This document shows, in pieces, positions 52,045-61,689 of a stretch of DNA of 64,000 nucleotides. The notes under the pieces are model-generated. The model made no database searches. It was given only the letters and a program-made list of their open reading frames with translations, and had not been told where the DNA came from. This DNA is from a virus, in the IMG/VR virus record IMGVR_UViG_3300045988_166613, positions 64,001-128,000 of that record; one strand, given 5' to 3'. The position numbers and the translations under genes were made by a program. Within the stretch, counting starts at the first letter, position 1, and every line of letters begins with the position of its first letter.

Positions 52045-54351
52045 ATGAATAATAGAATAGAAGTAGTGAATTTAGCAGAAATAATGCCTAAAAATTATGT
52101 TGAATATGCAGTAGAGGTTATTGTCAATAGAGCATTACCAGATGTTAGAGATGGTTTAAAACCAGTCCTAAGAAGAATTATATATGGTATGTATGAATTA
52201 AAGATGTTTCCAGAAACACCATATAAAAAATGTGCCAGAATAGTTGGGGAAGTTTTAGGTAAGTATCATCCGCACGGTGATTCATCGGTTTATGAGGCAT
52301 TGGTTAGAATGGCTCAAGACTTTTCTTTAAGATACACATTAGTTGACGGACATGGTAACTTTGGGTCTGTTGATGGAGACTCAGCAGCGGCTATGAGGTA
52401 CACAGAATCTAAAATGAAAGCAATAGCTTTAGAATTAATTAGAGATATTGATAAAAATACAGTTGATTTTATTCCTAACTTTGATGGTGAAGAAACAGAA
52501 CCATCAGTTTTACCTTCTAAATTCCCCAATTTATTAGTCAATGGTGCAACTGGAATAGCTGTTGGTTTTGCTAGTAATATGCCACCACATAATTTATGTG
52601 AAGTCATAGATGCAATTAAATATAGATTAAATAATAAGGAGTGCAGTTTAGAAGAAATAATGCAATTTATAAAAGCACCCGATTTTCCAACTGGAGGAAT
52701 TATTGTTAATCCAAAAGATATGAAGAATATATATAAACAAGGTATAGGAAAGGTTATTATGCGTGGTAAACATCATGTGGAATATTTAAAAAATGATAAA
52801 AGCAAAGAAATAGAAGCTATTGTTATTACAGAATTACCATATCAAGTCAATAAAGCCAAATTAATAGAAAAGATATATGAATTATCAAACGATCAAGAAA
52901 AGGTTGAAAAGGGTAAAAAAATAAAAATAAAAGCTAAAATACCTGAGATTACTGATATACGAGATGAATCTGATAGAGAAGGTATGAGAATAGTTATAGA
53001 ATTAAAAAATAAAGGTACATATAAAAGAGTATTACAATTATTATATAAAGAATCTAATCTACAGTGTAATTTTAATGTTAATAATGTTGCTTTGGTAAAT
53101 GGATTACCTGAAGACAATCTATCATTAATAAAACTAATAGATTATTATATAGCTCATCAAAAGGATGTTATGATTAGAAAAACTCATTTTGATAAAGAGA
53201 AATTTTCAAGTAAGTTACATATATTAGAGGGATTAACTATAGCTTTAGATAAAATGGATTTTACAATATCATTAATAAGGAAATCAAAAACAAAGGTTGA
53301 GGCAAAAGAATATTTAAAGCAAGAACTAAGTATAGATGATGTACAAGCTGATGCTATCTTACAAATGCAATTACAAAGGTTAACTAATCTTGAGAAAGAT
53401 GGTATATATAAACAAGTAGAAAAATTGAATGATGATATAAAGTTTTTAAATTCAATATTAGAGAATGAAAATGTATTAATAGAAGAATTAATTAAAGACT
53501 TAAACGTGATAAAAGATAAATTTGGTGATGAAAGAAGAACTCAATTAATTGAGGGAGAAGTTATAAATAATGATATGCTAATAGAACAATATAACACAAT
53601 AATTCAGCTAACAGATGAAGGATATATAAAGAAATTAAGAGCAACATCAGTTAAAAGTACAAATAAAAATAGATTAAAAGATGGAGATTTTATAATTAAA
53701 GAAATAAAAGGAACAAATAAAGATACTATATTATTGTTCTCAGATAAGGGAAATGCGTATCAAATTAAAGCAAAAGATTTAAAAGAGTTGAAGCCAGGAG
53801 AATTGGGAGAATTAATCAGTAGTTATCATGATTTAGATAAAGATGAGCAGATCAAGTTTATAGTATCTACACAATTTAATAAAAATGAATATATGATAAG
53901 TGTTTTTGATAATAGCAAGATAGCAAAAGTTGATATTCAAGCTTACAATATGACTACTAAAAAGTTTAAATATAATAACATAGGTTTAATGGATATTAAA
54001 AATATACAAGGGGATAAGGATATTTTCTTATTAAGTTCTGAAGGTAAGGCGTTAATATGCAACACTGATAAAATAGGTGTTAAATCAAATAGAAATGTAT
54101 TAGGTAATATAGGAATTAAACTTAATGAAGGATTTAAAGTTGTAGCAGCCATTATTAATGTTACCAAAGATGATAGATTTACAATACATACAGAAAAAGG
54201 CAAAGAGATATTTATTATGTTAGATGATGTGTCTAGTAATGAATCTAAGAATTGGTTCAACCATCTACAAGGTCGTGCAGGAAACCAAGGAAGTTTTCTT
54301 TATAATACAAGATCCAAGAATGATTTAATAACTAATGTAGAGGTGGATTAA
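52045..54351 (+). CDS. Type IIA DNA topoisomerase subunit A (GyrA/ParC-like)
   Basis: [32 protein letters not shown], active-site AAMRYTE. Confidence 0.9.
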   Translation: MNNRIEVVNLAEIMPKNYVEYAVEVIVNRALPDVRDGLKPVLRRIIYGMYELKMFPETPYKKCARIVGEVLGKYHPHGDSSVYEALVRMAQDFSLRYTLVDGHGNFGSVDGDSAAAMRYTESKMKAIALELIRDIDKNTVDFIPNFDGEETEPSVLPSKFPNLLVNGATGIAVGFASNMPPHNLCEVIDAIKYRLNNKECSLEEIMQFIKAPDFPTGGIIVNPKDMKNIYKQGIGKVIMRGKHHVEYLKNDKSKEIEAIVITELPYQVNKAKLIEKIYELSNDQEKVEKGKKIKIKAKIPEITDIRDESDREGMRIVIELKNKGTYKRVLQLLYKESNLQCNFNVNNVALVNGLPEDNLSLIKLIDYYIAHQKDVMIRKTHFDKEKFSSKLHILEGLTIALDKMDFTISLIRKSKTKVEAKEYLKQELSIDDVQADAILQMQLQRLTNLEKDGIYKQVEKLNDDIKFLNSILENENVLIEELIKDLNVIKDKFGDERRTQLIEGEVINNDMLIEQYNTIIQLTDEGYIKKLRATSVKSTNKNRLKDGDFIIKEIKGTNKDTILLFSDKGNAYQIKAKDLKELKPGELGELISSYHDLDKDEQIKFIVSTQFNKNEYMISVFDNSKIAKVDIQAYNMTTKKFKYNNIGLMDIKNIQGDKDIFLLSSEGKALICNTDKIGVKSNRNVLGNIGIKLNEGFKVVAAIINVTKDDRFTIHTEKGKEIFIMLDDVSSNESKNWFNHLQGRAGNQGSFLYNTRSKNDLITNVEVD

Positions 54352-54352
54352 C

Positions 54353-54625
54353 ATGAGAAGATATTTAAGAGCTATAAGAAAGAGTATTAATTGTAATATA
54401 AAAAATTTCTTTGAGAATTTAGGAATAATATTAATGGTATTATCACTTCCTTTTCTGATAATAGATTTATTTTCTCCTAATATATTATTAATAATCATAG
54501 CATTATTATTAGCTATACCTGGTTTTATAATATTATTTATAATATTGACCATAGATTTAATAATCTCATTTAAGGTATGGCTTAGAGATTTTATAGATAG
54601 AGTTAAATCAAACTTAGAGGAGTAA
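54353..54625 (+). CDS. Small membrane protein (90 aa)
   Basis: Long hydrophobic core LGIILMVLSLPFLIIDLF..IIIALLLAIPGFIILFIILTIDLII. Confidence 0.55.
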   Translation: MRRYLRAIRKSINCNIKNFFENLGIILMVLSLPFLIIDLFSPNILLIIIALLLAIPGFIILFIILTIDLIISFKVWLRDFIDRVKSNLEE

Positions 54626-54729
54626 GATATGAGAATGTTTATATTAATGTTATTAATAGTAATAGGATTAGAATGGTTATTTTACGAATGGTGGTTATGT
54701 TAAAACTGCAATTTTAAAGAAAATTAAAA

Positions 54730-54753
54730 GTTGAAATAAATTAAAGAATTAAT
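54730..54753 (+). promoter_or_regulatory. AT-rich box, class II
   Basis: gttgaaataaattaaagaattaat, followed by hairpin atggtggtc/gactaccat. Confidence 0.5.
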
Positions 54754-54805
54754 TAAAATGGTGGTCGAATTAACGTTTGACTACCATTAAGAAAGGATGA
54801 TTTGA

Positions 54806-55237
54806 ATGAGATTTTTAACAATATTTTTTATGTTGGTTTATGGGTGGAGATTACTAAATAAACAGCAAAATACTATTTCCTTATGGAATAAAAAATGTGC
54901 CAATAAAACAGGAGAAGAAATAGACAATGAAATTAAAGCAGGTATCAAAACAAATAATAAAGATGTTTTATTATTATCTTTTATAGCGATCTGTTCAATC
55001 ATAATAATGATTATTCAAATATTTTATGTGTTATTTGCGTTTAAGTATTCAAATATGACTGTATGGATTATTTATGTAATAATTATGATAGTGAATAAGA
55101 TAATAAATAGTATTAAAAACAGGATAAATAAAAAGTCTTATTATAAAATATGGAAATATACAGCTAGAACTTTCTTAATACATAGTATAAATTTAGTTTT
55201 CTTTGTTTATATGTTCTTTATATTATTTATATTTTAA
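54806..55237 (+). CDS. Multi-pass membrane protein (143 aa)
   Basis: At least 3 hydrophobic segments. Confidence 0.55.
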   Translation: MRFLTIFFMLVYGWRLLNKQQNTISLWNKKCANKTGEEIDNEIKAGIKTNNKDVLLLSFIAICSIIIMIIQIFYVLFAFKYSNMTVWIIYVIIMIVNKIINSIKNRINKKSYYKIWKYTARTFLIHSINLVFFVYMFFILFIF

Positions 55238-55254
55238 AATGAAAGGATGATTAT

Positions 55255-55770
55255 ATGGCTAAAAGTAGTACAGCTAATAGAGGTTTAAAATTTGAAGAGG
55301 AAATACAAAAGAGATGCGATTATTTGAGAAAAGAGGGTATAGCTTTAATTTCTAAAGTTCCTACGGATTGGAAAGTATTGAGGAAATATAGTCCAGCAAA
55401 GAAGAGAACTGAGATATATTCAGCATTTCCGACATCTACCTCACGCTTTATAGACTTTGTAGGGATTTTCAAGGGAAAAGCTATAGGTATAGAAGCTAAG
55501 GAAACTTTAAACAAGACAAGCTTTCCATTCAATAATATCAAAGATACACAAATAGAGTTTTTAAAAGAGTGGGTAGAATTAGGTGGTTTAGGATATTATA
55601 TGGTTAGATTTAAAACAAATGAGAAGGTGTTTTTAGTTCCTAGTAAAGTTATGCACGAATGTATGGACACTATAGGTAGGAAATCTGCTCCTTACCAATG
55701 GTTTATAGATAATGCAGAAATACAAGAGGTAGATTACAAACTATTAGACTTTGAAAAAAAGTTAAAATAA
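55255..55770 (+). CDS. recU: RecU-type Holliday junction resolvase
   Basis: ..NRGLKFEEEI.., IDFVGIFKGKAIGIEAKET..FPFNNIKDTQIEFL matches the RecU catalytic core pattern. Confidence 0.75.
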   Translation: MAKSSTANRGLKFEEEIQKRCDYLRKEGIALISKVPTDWKVLRKYSPAKKRTEIYSAFPTSTSRFIDFVGIFKGKAIGIEAKETLNKTSFPFNNIKDTQIEFLKEWVELGGLGYYMVRFKTNEKVFLVPSKVMHECMDTIGRKSAPYQWFIDNAEIQEVDYKLLDFEKKLK

Positions 55771-55812
55771 ATTAAAGTTTTAGTTGACATGATATAAATA
55801 TGGTACTATAAT
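55761..55812 (+). promoter_or_regulatory. Class I promoter (box overlaps the recU stop)
   Basis: gttaaaataaattaaagttttag-TTGACA(55784)-17 bp-TATAAT(55807). Confidence 0.75.
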
Positions 55813-55829
55813 AATAAATGTAGACAGAA

Positions 55830-55853
55830 GTTAAAATAAATTAAAGAATTAAT
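55830..55853 (+). promoter_or_regulatory. AT-rich box, class II, 18 nt downstream of the preceding -10
   Basis: gttaaaataaattaaagaattaat. Confidence 0.5.
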
Positions 55854-55877
55854 TAAAAAGAAAGAGGTTGAATACAT

Positions 55878-56075
55878 ATGATTAACATGGATATTTGGAA
55901 TAAGTCTTACAACCAAGATTGGTTAGAAATGAGAGAAGATCTAAAAGAAGATGAGGTAATATTATTAGTACCAACAAAAGTTAAATTTGATAAGAATGGA
56001 ATAGTAATGAGCAATAGAACAGGTAGTACACTTGATAATTATAAAAAAGAAATTGAAAAAGGAGGAGTACAATGA
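55878..56075 (+). CDS. Hypothetical protein (65 aa)
   Basis: AAGAGG RBS. Confidence 0.5.
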   Translation: MINMDIWNKSYNQDWLEMREDLKEDEVILLVPTKVKFDKNGIVMSNRTGSTLDNYKKEIEKGGVQ

Positions 56076-56917
56076 AAGATTATATTTACATGAATGAGAA
56101 AAGGGTATGTAACTATTTTGCCCAAATAGATAAAAGAGGTATGTTAAATAGCTCAAAAGAAACAATTTCAAATGAAAGCGATGAAACAAAAGGGAAGAAA
56201 GGAGAAATACAACTTAAAGCAAAAATAAAAGGTATTTTTGGAATAGAAGGAAAAGGAGAAATAACGAAAGAAAATAAGAATAAATTCAATTCCTGTTGTG
56301 AACAATTGTATGAACAAAAATCTGTTAATATGTGTAATTTATTAGAGCAACATTTTAAAGAGAATATTGATAGTTTTAAAATAGGAGAAGTTTGCAAAAT
56401 TAGTAATTGTGATATTTATTTTATTGATTTTCAACAAATAACATATGATTATAGACATTTGTTTGACAATTTAAAATTGTTTCATAAAATGCAAGGTAAA
56501 ATGAGCATAAATGAATTCAAAGAAATGGCTAAAATAAATAATTTGAACGTTACAAAACAACAATTAATTAGTTTTGCTAAATTCATAGAAGATACATATG
56601 GAGATAATATATATATGGTTATTGTTGCAAATGGAAAAAGATTTGTTGGTTTACTTGATAGATCTAATTTAATGGTTGGTAATATAGAATTTAAAAGAAT
56701 CATCAAAGAGGGGCTTAGGGGAACTGTTCTTTTTAAGATATTACGTAAGCCAATAAATGATGGTAATAACAAAAAATATTATAAACCTAAAAAAGATGAT
56801 GAGGGCATTTTGAATGATATTGCTCAATTAAATGATACACTAAATGAATATAATAGTTTAATGTCTTTAGTAAAAGAAGGAGACATCTCTATATTACCGA
56901 TGGCTATATATGTTTAA
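56072..56917 (+). CDS. Hypothetical protein (281 aa) with K/G-rich segment
   Basis: AGGAGGAG RBS; 4-nt start/stop overlap with 55878..56075. Confidence 0.6.
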   Translation: MKDYIYMNEKRVCNYFAQIDKRGMLNSSKETISNESDETKGKKGEIQLKAKIKGIFGIEGKGEITKENKNKFNSCCEQLYEQKSVNMCNLLEQHFKENIDSFKIGEVCKISNCDIYFIDFQQITYDYRHLFDNLKLFHKMQGKMSINEFKEMAKINNLNVTKQQLISFAKFIEDTYGDNIYMVIVANGKRFVGLLDRSNLMVGNIEFKRIIKEGLRGTVLFKILRKPINDGNNKKYYKPKKDDEGILNDIAQLNDTLNEYNSLMSLVKEGDISILPMAIYV

Positions 56918-56937
56918 AACTTAACATTTAACCAAAT

Positions 56938-56960
56938 TTAAAATAAATTAAAGAATTAAA
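56938..56960 (+). promoter_or_regulatory. AT-rich box, class II
   Basis: tttaaaataaattaaagaattaa. Confidence 0.5.
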
Positions 56961-56976
56961 AGAGGTTGGTGAGATC

Positions 56977-57165
56977 GTGGAAATAAAAGGAATGTATATG
57001 ATAGTAAATTCAGATGTAGAAGATTTCTACAGAGATTTAATAGAAAAGGTAAATATATTACAAGAAGACAAACAAGAAGTAGAGATACAATATCAAATAA
57101 ATAATAACGAATTCTTTTCAGCTTTGGTTATGGGGAGACAAAAACATGATAAAGAAAATATTTAG
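56977..57165 (+). CDS. Hypothetical protein (62 aa, GTG start)
   Basis: AGAGGTTGGTG upstream. Confidence 0.45.
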   Translation: MEIKGMYMIVNSDVEDFYRDLIEKVNILQEDKQEVEIQYQINNNEFFSALVMGRQKHDKENI

Positions 57166-57255
57166 CAATAGTAAATATGGATTAATAGAAACAGTAATTA
57201 TAGGATTTACTTTAATAATCTTAGGGTTAGTATTATAAGAATGGAGAGATACATA

Positions 57256-57780
57256 ATGGAAAGAGCATTTATAGTAACAAAGAATAGCGACTATTATAAA
57301 GCATTAAATGATTATTTAAAACATGATGAAATTAATAGAAGTTTTATTAAACATTTCTTTGAAGAAGCGGGTATAGAATCTACACAATATTGTTTAGAGA
57401 AAGATGGTTTTAATCAATCAGATATTTATTTAGATATAATACCCACAAAAAATGATGAGGTTAAATTTGGTGAAATATTAAATAAACCCACTTCAGAAAG
57501 GTTAAGGTATTTTAAGAAAAGAAGTAAGTTTTTAAAGGATTTTCAACAAAAGTGTATGGATAATAAAATAAAAATTATTAATTATGAGCCTAATTTGAGA
57601 AATTATTTTCAATCTTTAGATCTTTGTAGCTTTAGTTATTGTCATATACCTTGCGAAGAAGGTTATTATTTACAGCTTGAAAGTAAAGTATTGAAGGAAG
57701 ATGATGTTCCTAAAGGTATGATACCTATTAAGATGAGTGAATTTTATAAATATAAAGAAGAATATAAAGAGGGGAGATAA
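57256..57780 (+). CDS. Hypothetical protein (174 aa)
   Basis: TGGAGAG then ATG 57256. Confidence 0.55.
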   Translation: MERAFIVTKNSDYYKALNDYLKHDEINRSFIKHFFEEAGIESTQYCLEKDGFNQSDIYLDIIPTKNDEVKFGEILNKPTSERLRYFKKRSKFLKDFQQKCMDNKIKIINYEPNLRNYFQSLDLCSFSYCHIPCEEGYYLQLESKVLKEDDVPKGMIPIKMSEFYKYKEEYKEGR

Positions 57781-57783
57781 ATA

Positions 57784-58191
57784 ATGGAAAATATTAAAAA
57801 AGACGAATGGTTATATGAAGAGTTTGGGATAAAAGTAGATAATAGATACCTATGTACACCAAAGATAGGTAAAACAATTTCAGGTAAAATATTAAATTTT
57901 AGCCCAAGTAATAACATAGTTATTAAAGCTGAAGATGGATTACATATATTACCTTATAAAGAAATACTGGAGTTAAAACCGTTGCCAATTGAAGAAGAAA
58001 GATTTAAAGTGGGAGATTATTTCGAATTAAAACAAGAATGTATTGTCGGTGATTTAGTAGTTAATAATATTATAGCTACAACAATATTTTATAAAGGTAT
58101 AAATGGAATTATATACCATGTGGATAATGATTATATATACGTAAATGGCAATAAATATGGAAAGTTTAGAATAGAGAAAAGAAGATTATAG
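57784..58191 (+). CDS. Hypothetical protein (135 aa)
   Basis: GGGGAG RBS. Confidence 0.55.
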   Translation: MENIKKDEWLYEEFGIKVDNRYLCTPKIGKTISGKILNFSPSNNIVIKAEDGLHILPYKEILELKPLPIEEERFKVGDYFELKQECIVGDLVVNNIIATTIFYKGINGIIYHVDNDYIYVNGNKYGKFRIEKRRL

Positions 58192-58205
58192 AAAGGATTG
58201 ATATT

Positions 58206-58655
58206 ATGATTAAATATTTTATAAATAAATGGGATAAAAACAAAAATAAGTTAGAGGAATATATAAGAACACATAAACAAGAAGAATATGCTAATAGCTA
58301 TGAAGATTTATTAAAACAGGTGATTGAAATAGTGTTAAATGAAGATAATAGAGTAGGTAGACCTTTTAACACAGATATTCAAACAATAGATTTCGGAGAT
58401 TATCAAGGAACTCTTATATTGACTTTTTCAACATGTGCGTATCAACCTAGCGAAGATGAAACATTTTATACTGTAGTAGATTATGGTTCTTGTAGTGGTT
58501 GCGACACTTTATTATCTATCAGCTCATATGAAGAAGATAAGTTACCCGATGAAGATCAGATTAAAGACTATATGACTTTATGTTTACATATGATTCAAAA
58601 AATAAAATGTTTCGGAGAAGTAGATGAATGGGCATTGGAGAATTATTATAGTTAA
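58206..58655 (+). CDS. Hypothetical protein (149 aa) with YGSCSGCD motif
   Basis: GAAAGGA RBS. Confidence 0.55.
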   Translation: MIKYFINKWDKNKNKLEEYIRTHKQEEYANSYEDLLKQVIEIVLNEDNRVGRPFNTDIQTIDFGDYQGTLILTFSTCAYQPSEDETFYTVVDYGSCSGCDTLLSISSYEEDKLPDEDQIKDYMTLCLHMIQKIKCFGEVDEWALENYYS

Positions 58656-58701
58656 AATTAACTTTTTATCAAAAATAGAAAAATGACAAGAGGGAGTTAA
58701 A

Positions 58702-59148
58702 ATGATATATATAAATGAGTTTATGGAAGAAACAATATATTTAAAAGATCTTAAATCTAAAACACCTACATATTTAAGAAAGTTCTTAGAATGTTATAAA
58801 GAATATAAAAGTTTATTATCTGAAATAAATAAAAAGATACAAGCTATAGTTATCAGTAAAAGGGGATGTAAATTAAAAGATATAAAAGTAAGAGTAGAAT
58901 ATTTTGATTATCTATCATACGGTTCTAGATTTACAACAACAGATGAACCATTATATATATCTAGAGAAGAACCACTTATTGATATATTCGAAGAAATAGA
59001 TGATGATATGAAAAAGATATATGCTAGAGCTATGTATGAAGAGATGAAGAATATAAGACAAGAGTATGTAGATATAATAAAAGATATGGAAAGCTTTATG
59101 AAGAGTGAGGAGCCGTTATCTGAAAAAGTAAAGGAGATTATATTCTGA
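58702..59148 (+). CDS. Hypothetical protein (148 aa)
   Basis: AGGGAG RBS. Confidence 0.55.
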   Translation: MIYINEFMEETIYLKDLKSKTPTYLRKFLECYKEYKSLLSEINKKIQAIVISKRGCKLKDIKVRVEYFDYLSYGSRFTTTDEPLYISREEPLIDIFEEIDDDMKKIYARAMYEEMKNIRQEYVDIIKDMESFMKSEEPLSEKVKEIIF

Positions 59149-59468
59149 TGAAAAATATTGAAGATATAGAAAAGAAATTATATAGAATAGAAGAGTTAAA
59201 AAAGAAAATAGTTCGGTTGAAATCTGATGACTTTTATAATAAGAAAGAATATAGGGAAGGAGATAAAACATATAATGTAAAAGCAGATTTATTATTTATC
59301 ACCAATAATAAATCGAGAGAAAAAGAAAGGTTATTATTTAACGATAAAGAAAATGAAGCCGAAAGAATATATATGGCATTAATAAAAGCAAGAAACAAGA
59401 TAATAGATAAACAACTAACAAATTATAATAATGAAATAAATAACATAAAGAAAGAATTAAATATGTGA
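59148..59468 (+). CDS. Hypothetical coiled-coil protein (106 aa)
   Basis: AAGGAG RBS; start overlaps the previous stop. Confidence 0.55.
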   Translation: MKNIEDIEKKLYRIEELKKKIVRLKSDDFYNKKEYREGDKTYNVKADLLFITNNKSREKERLLFNDKENEAERIYMALIKARNKIIDKQLTNYNNEINNIKKELNM

Positions 59469-59498
59469 ATCTATTTAGGATGATAGGAGATTTAAAAG

Positions 59499-59756
59499 AT
59501 GAATAATTTTAAAATCAAACAAAGAATAAGAGAATTAATCAAAATAATTTACAACAAATATAGTTGTGTTGGTGGACAATTACATATTGTATTAGATGAT
59601 GGAAATATAGAAAATGGTCATATAGAATACTGTTTACAATGTATAGATAAAATCGAAAATCAAGAAGAAAGAAACATATATAAAGAATGTGCAGAATTAT
59701 TATTAAAGCTATCATGTTCTGCTAGAAAAAGATTGTTGAAGGAGAGAATTGTTTAA
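59499..59756 (+). CDS. Hypothetical protein (85 aa) with GGQLHIVLDDGN motif
   Basis: TAGGAG RBS. Confidence 0.55.
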   Translation: MNNFKIKQRIRELIKIIYNKYSCVGGQLHIVLDDGNIENGHIEYCLQCIDKIENQEERNIYKECAELLLKLSCSARKRLLKERIV

Positions 59757-60004
59757 TGAGATTTAATGTAGTTTTAGATAAAGAGCAACTAGAAGAAATA
59801 GCAAGTATGACAGCAGATAAAGTATTGGCTACAGTTGAATATTGTAAGAATGAAAAAGAGATATATGAGAGGCAAATGGAGGATTATAAACTTGCAATTC
59901 AACAAAGAGATAGTATGTTAGTAAATAAAGACTTTATAATAGATAGATTAAAAAATAGAATTAAAGAGTTAAGAGAGGAGAATAAAAGATATGAAAGCAA
60001 ATAA
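59756..60004 (+). CDS. Hypothetical protein (82 aa)
   Basis: AAGGAGAG RBS. Confidence 0.55.
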   Translation: MRFNVVLDKEQLEEIASMTADKVLATVEYCKNEKEIYERQMEDYKLAIQQRDSMLVNKDFIIDRLKNRIKELREENKRYESK

Positions 60005-60287
60005 AAAAACTTTAATGGCAGTTAAAAATTATTTAAAAAATGAAGAAGGATATGATTTAGATGAAGTAATATCAGACATAGTTTCAGAAACAAATATGTT
60101 AAAAGCAAAAGAAATGGGAGATGCTACTTTAAGTTTAGATGAGTGTAGTATAAACTGGGGAGAAGATGAAGTTTGTGTACTTGAAGACTTTATAAACGAT
60201 TATACTAATAAGTTTATAGATAAGATTTGCAATGTATTAGATTCTTTTGTTGGTGAAGATATAGATTGGTATTTAGAGGAGGAATAG
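59991..60287 (+). CDS. Hypothetical acidic protein (98 aa)
   Basis: GAGGAG RBS. Confidence 0.55.
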   Translation: MKANKKTLMAVKNYLKNEEGYDLDEVISDIVSETNMLKAKEMGDATLSLDECSINWGEDEVCVLEDFINDYTNKFIDKICNVLDSFVGEDIDWYLEEE

Positions 60288-60289
60288 TA

Positions 60290-60535
60290 ATGGAAAAGTT
60301 AAATAATCATAAACATTTAAAATTAGCAGATGAAATATGTACTGCATATACAAAAATGTGTAACAATCATTGTTGTGGTGAATGCAAATATGCTTTCTTA
60401 CCAAATTGTAAAATATTGTTTACATTAGATTATTTAGATGATAAGGCAATAAAAGATTATGGATTAACTATGGCAGTTGGTTCAACTAAGCATAAGATAA
60501 TAAAATGTGATGAATTTCATTTTGATAATGTTTAG
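60290..60535 (+). CDS. Hypothetical Cys-rich protein (81 aa)
   Basis: GAGGAGGAA RBS then ATG 60290. Confidence 0.5.
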   Translation: MEKLNNHKHLKLADEICTAYTKMCNNHCCGECKYAFLPNCKILFTLDYLDDKAIKDYGLTMAVGSTKHKIIKCDEFHFDNV

Positions 60536-60545
60536 GAGGTTTTAT

Positions 60546-60743
60546 ATGGTTAATAAATTAGGTGGAAGAATAATATTAGCAGCTTTAATATTTAATGGAA
60601 TTATAGGAGGATTATCAGTAGATTACATAGCATCATGGTTTGGTAAGAATATACCCATGCTTTATGATATATTAATCGGATTAGTGTTTGCTGAATTCAC
60701 TATACCAATAGCAATTTTAGGTTGGTTAATAAAATTATTCTAA
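60546..60743 (+). CDS. Small 2-TM membrane protein (65 aa)
   Basis: TAGGAGG RBS then ATG 60546. Confidence 0.5.
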   Translation: MVNKLGGRIILAALIFNGIIGGLSVDYIASWFGKNIPMLYDILIGLVFAEFTIPIAILGWLIKLF

Positions 60744-60817
60744 ACATAACACAACATATAGTGTTTATAATAATACATATATACAATATAATGTGATTTA
60801 ATTTGCTTAAATCTAAG

Positions 60818-60842
60818 ATTTTAAATAAATTAAATAATTGAT
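60818..60842 (+). promoter_or_regulatory. AT-rich box, class II
   Basis: attttaaataaattaaataattgat. Confidence 0.45.
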
Positions 60843-60864
60843 GAATACAAAGGAGAGATGAAAG

Positions 60865-61437
60865 ATGAAAATAGAAGATTTAAAAGTAGGAACAAAATTA
60901 CAGGTTATTAAGAATTATAAAGGAAACGGGATTATGCTCAGACAAGGAGAAGTTATAAAAATTAAGAAGGTTTTAGAGGGTGAAACTTATTCTGTTTCAA
61001 CTCCATATTATTATTCACCTATAGTTGTACCTAAAGAAGCTTTATTAGAATGTTGTGTGAGAATTGGATTTATAAAATGTGATGATGGATGGCGTGAAGA
61101 AATTTATGGAGCTATTTTTAATAAAGAAGCACGTAACAATGTCATTGGAAAAACTGTACCATTATCAGACAGACTATGTACAGACCAAGTACATGCTAAC
61201 AGCATATCATCTAAGAAAACCATTAATAGATCGAAATACAAAATTGAAATAAGCATTACTTTTGATGGTAAGAAATATACTATTGGTGATTTTGTAAGGG
61301 TTAAAGTCAATGAAGCTAATTATTATGGTAAAATTAAAGAAATTAATACTACAACTATACAATTAGCTAAATTATCTTCAAAGGGTAAATATACTATAGA
61401 ATTAGATGGAATAGCTGAAATGGAGAATATAGGCTAG
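60865..61437 (+). CDS. Hypothetical protein (190 aa)
   Basis: AAGGAGAG RBS. Confidence 0.55.
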   Translation: MKIEDLKVGTKLQVIKNYKGNGIMLRQGEVIKIKKVLEGETYSVSTPYYYSPIVVPKEALLECCVRIGFIKCDDGWREEIYGAIFNKEARNNVIGKTVPLSDRLCTDQVHANSISSKKTINRSKYKIEISITFDGKKYTIGDFVRVKVNEANYYGKIKEINTTTIQLAKLSSKGKYTIELDGIAEMENIG

Positions 61438-61485
61438 TTTGAGGACTATTATACCAAGGATAAATAATTCATTTACAAAAAAAAT

Positions 61486-61537
61486 GTTAAAATAAATTAA
61501 ATAATTGATTGACAAGTTAAACTAAAAGTAATATAAT
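61486..61537 (+). promoter_or_regulatory. Class I promoter
   Basis: gttaaaataaattaaataattga-TTGACA(61509)-17 bp-TATAAT(61532). Confidence 0.75.
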
Positions 61538-61629
61538 TAATATTGTCGAAGGACATAAGATAAAAACCTTAAAAAAGAAAGGTGTGGTTATCTTGATTGT
61601 ATGAGAGATAATTTAAAACAAAAACTTAT

Positions 61630-61654
61630 CTTAAAATAAATTAAAGAATTAAAC
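61630..61654 (+). promoter_or_regulatory. AT-rich box, class II (part of a 33-nt leader duplicated at 62681)
   Basis: cttaaaataaattaaagaattaaac. Confidence 0.5.
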
Positions 61655-61689
61655 AAAGAAATAAAAGATTAAAAGGAGCGATTTTTATT

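Noticed and set aside
54628-54702. Tiny hydrophobic ORFs (24 aa at 54628..54702; 30 aa at 57136..57228 region)
   Set aside because: Too short and without convincing RBSs. In AT-rich DNA such ORFs arise readily by chance, so they are not listed as features.
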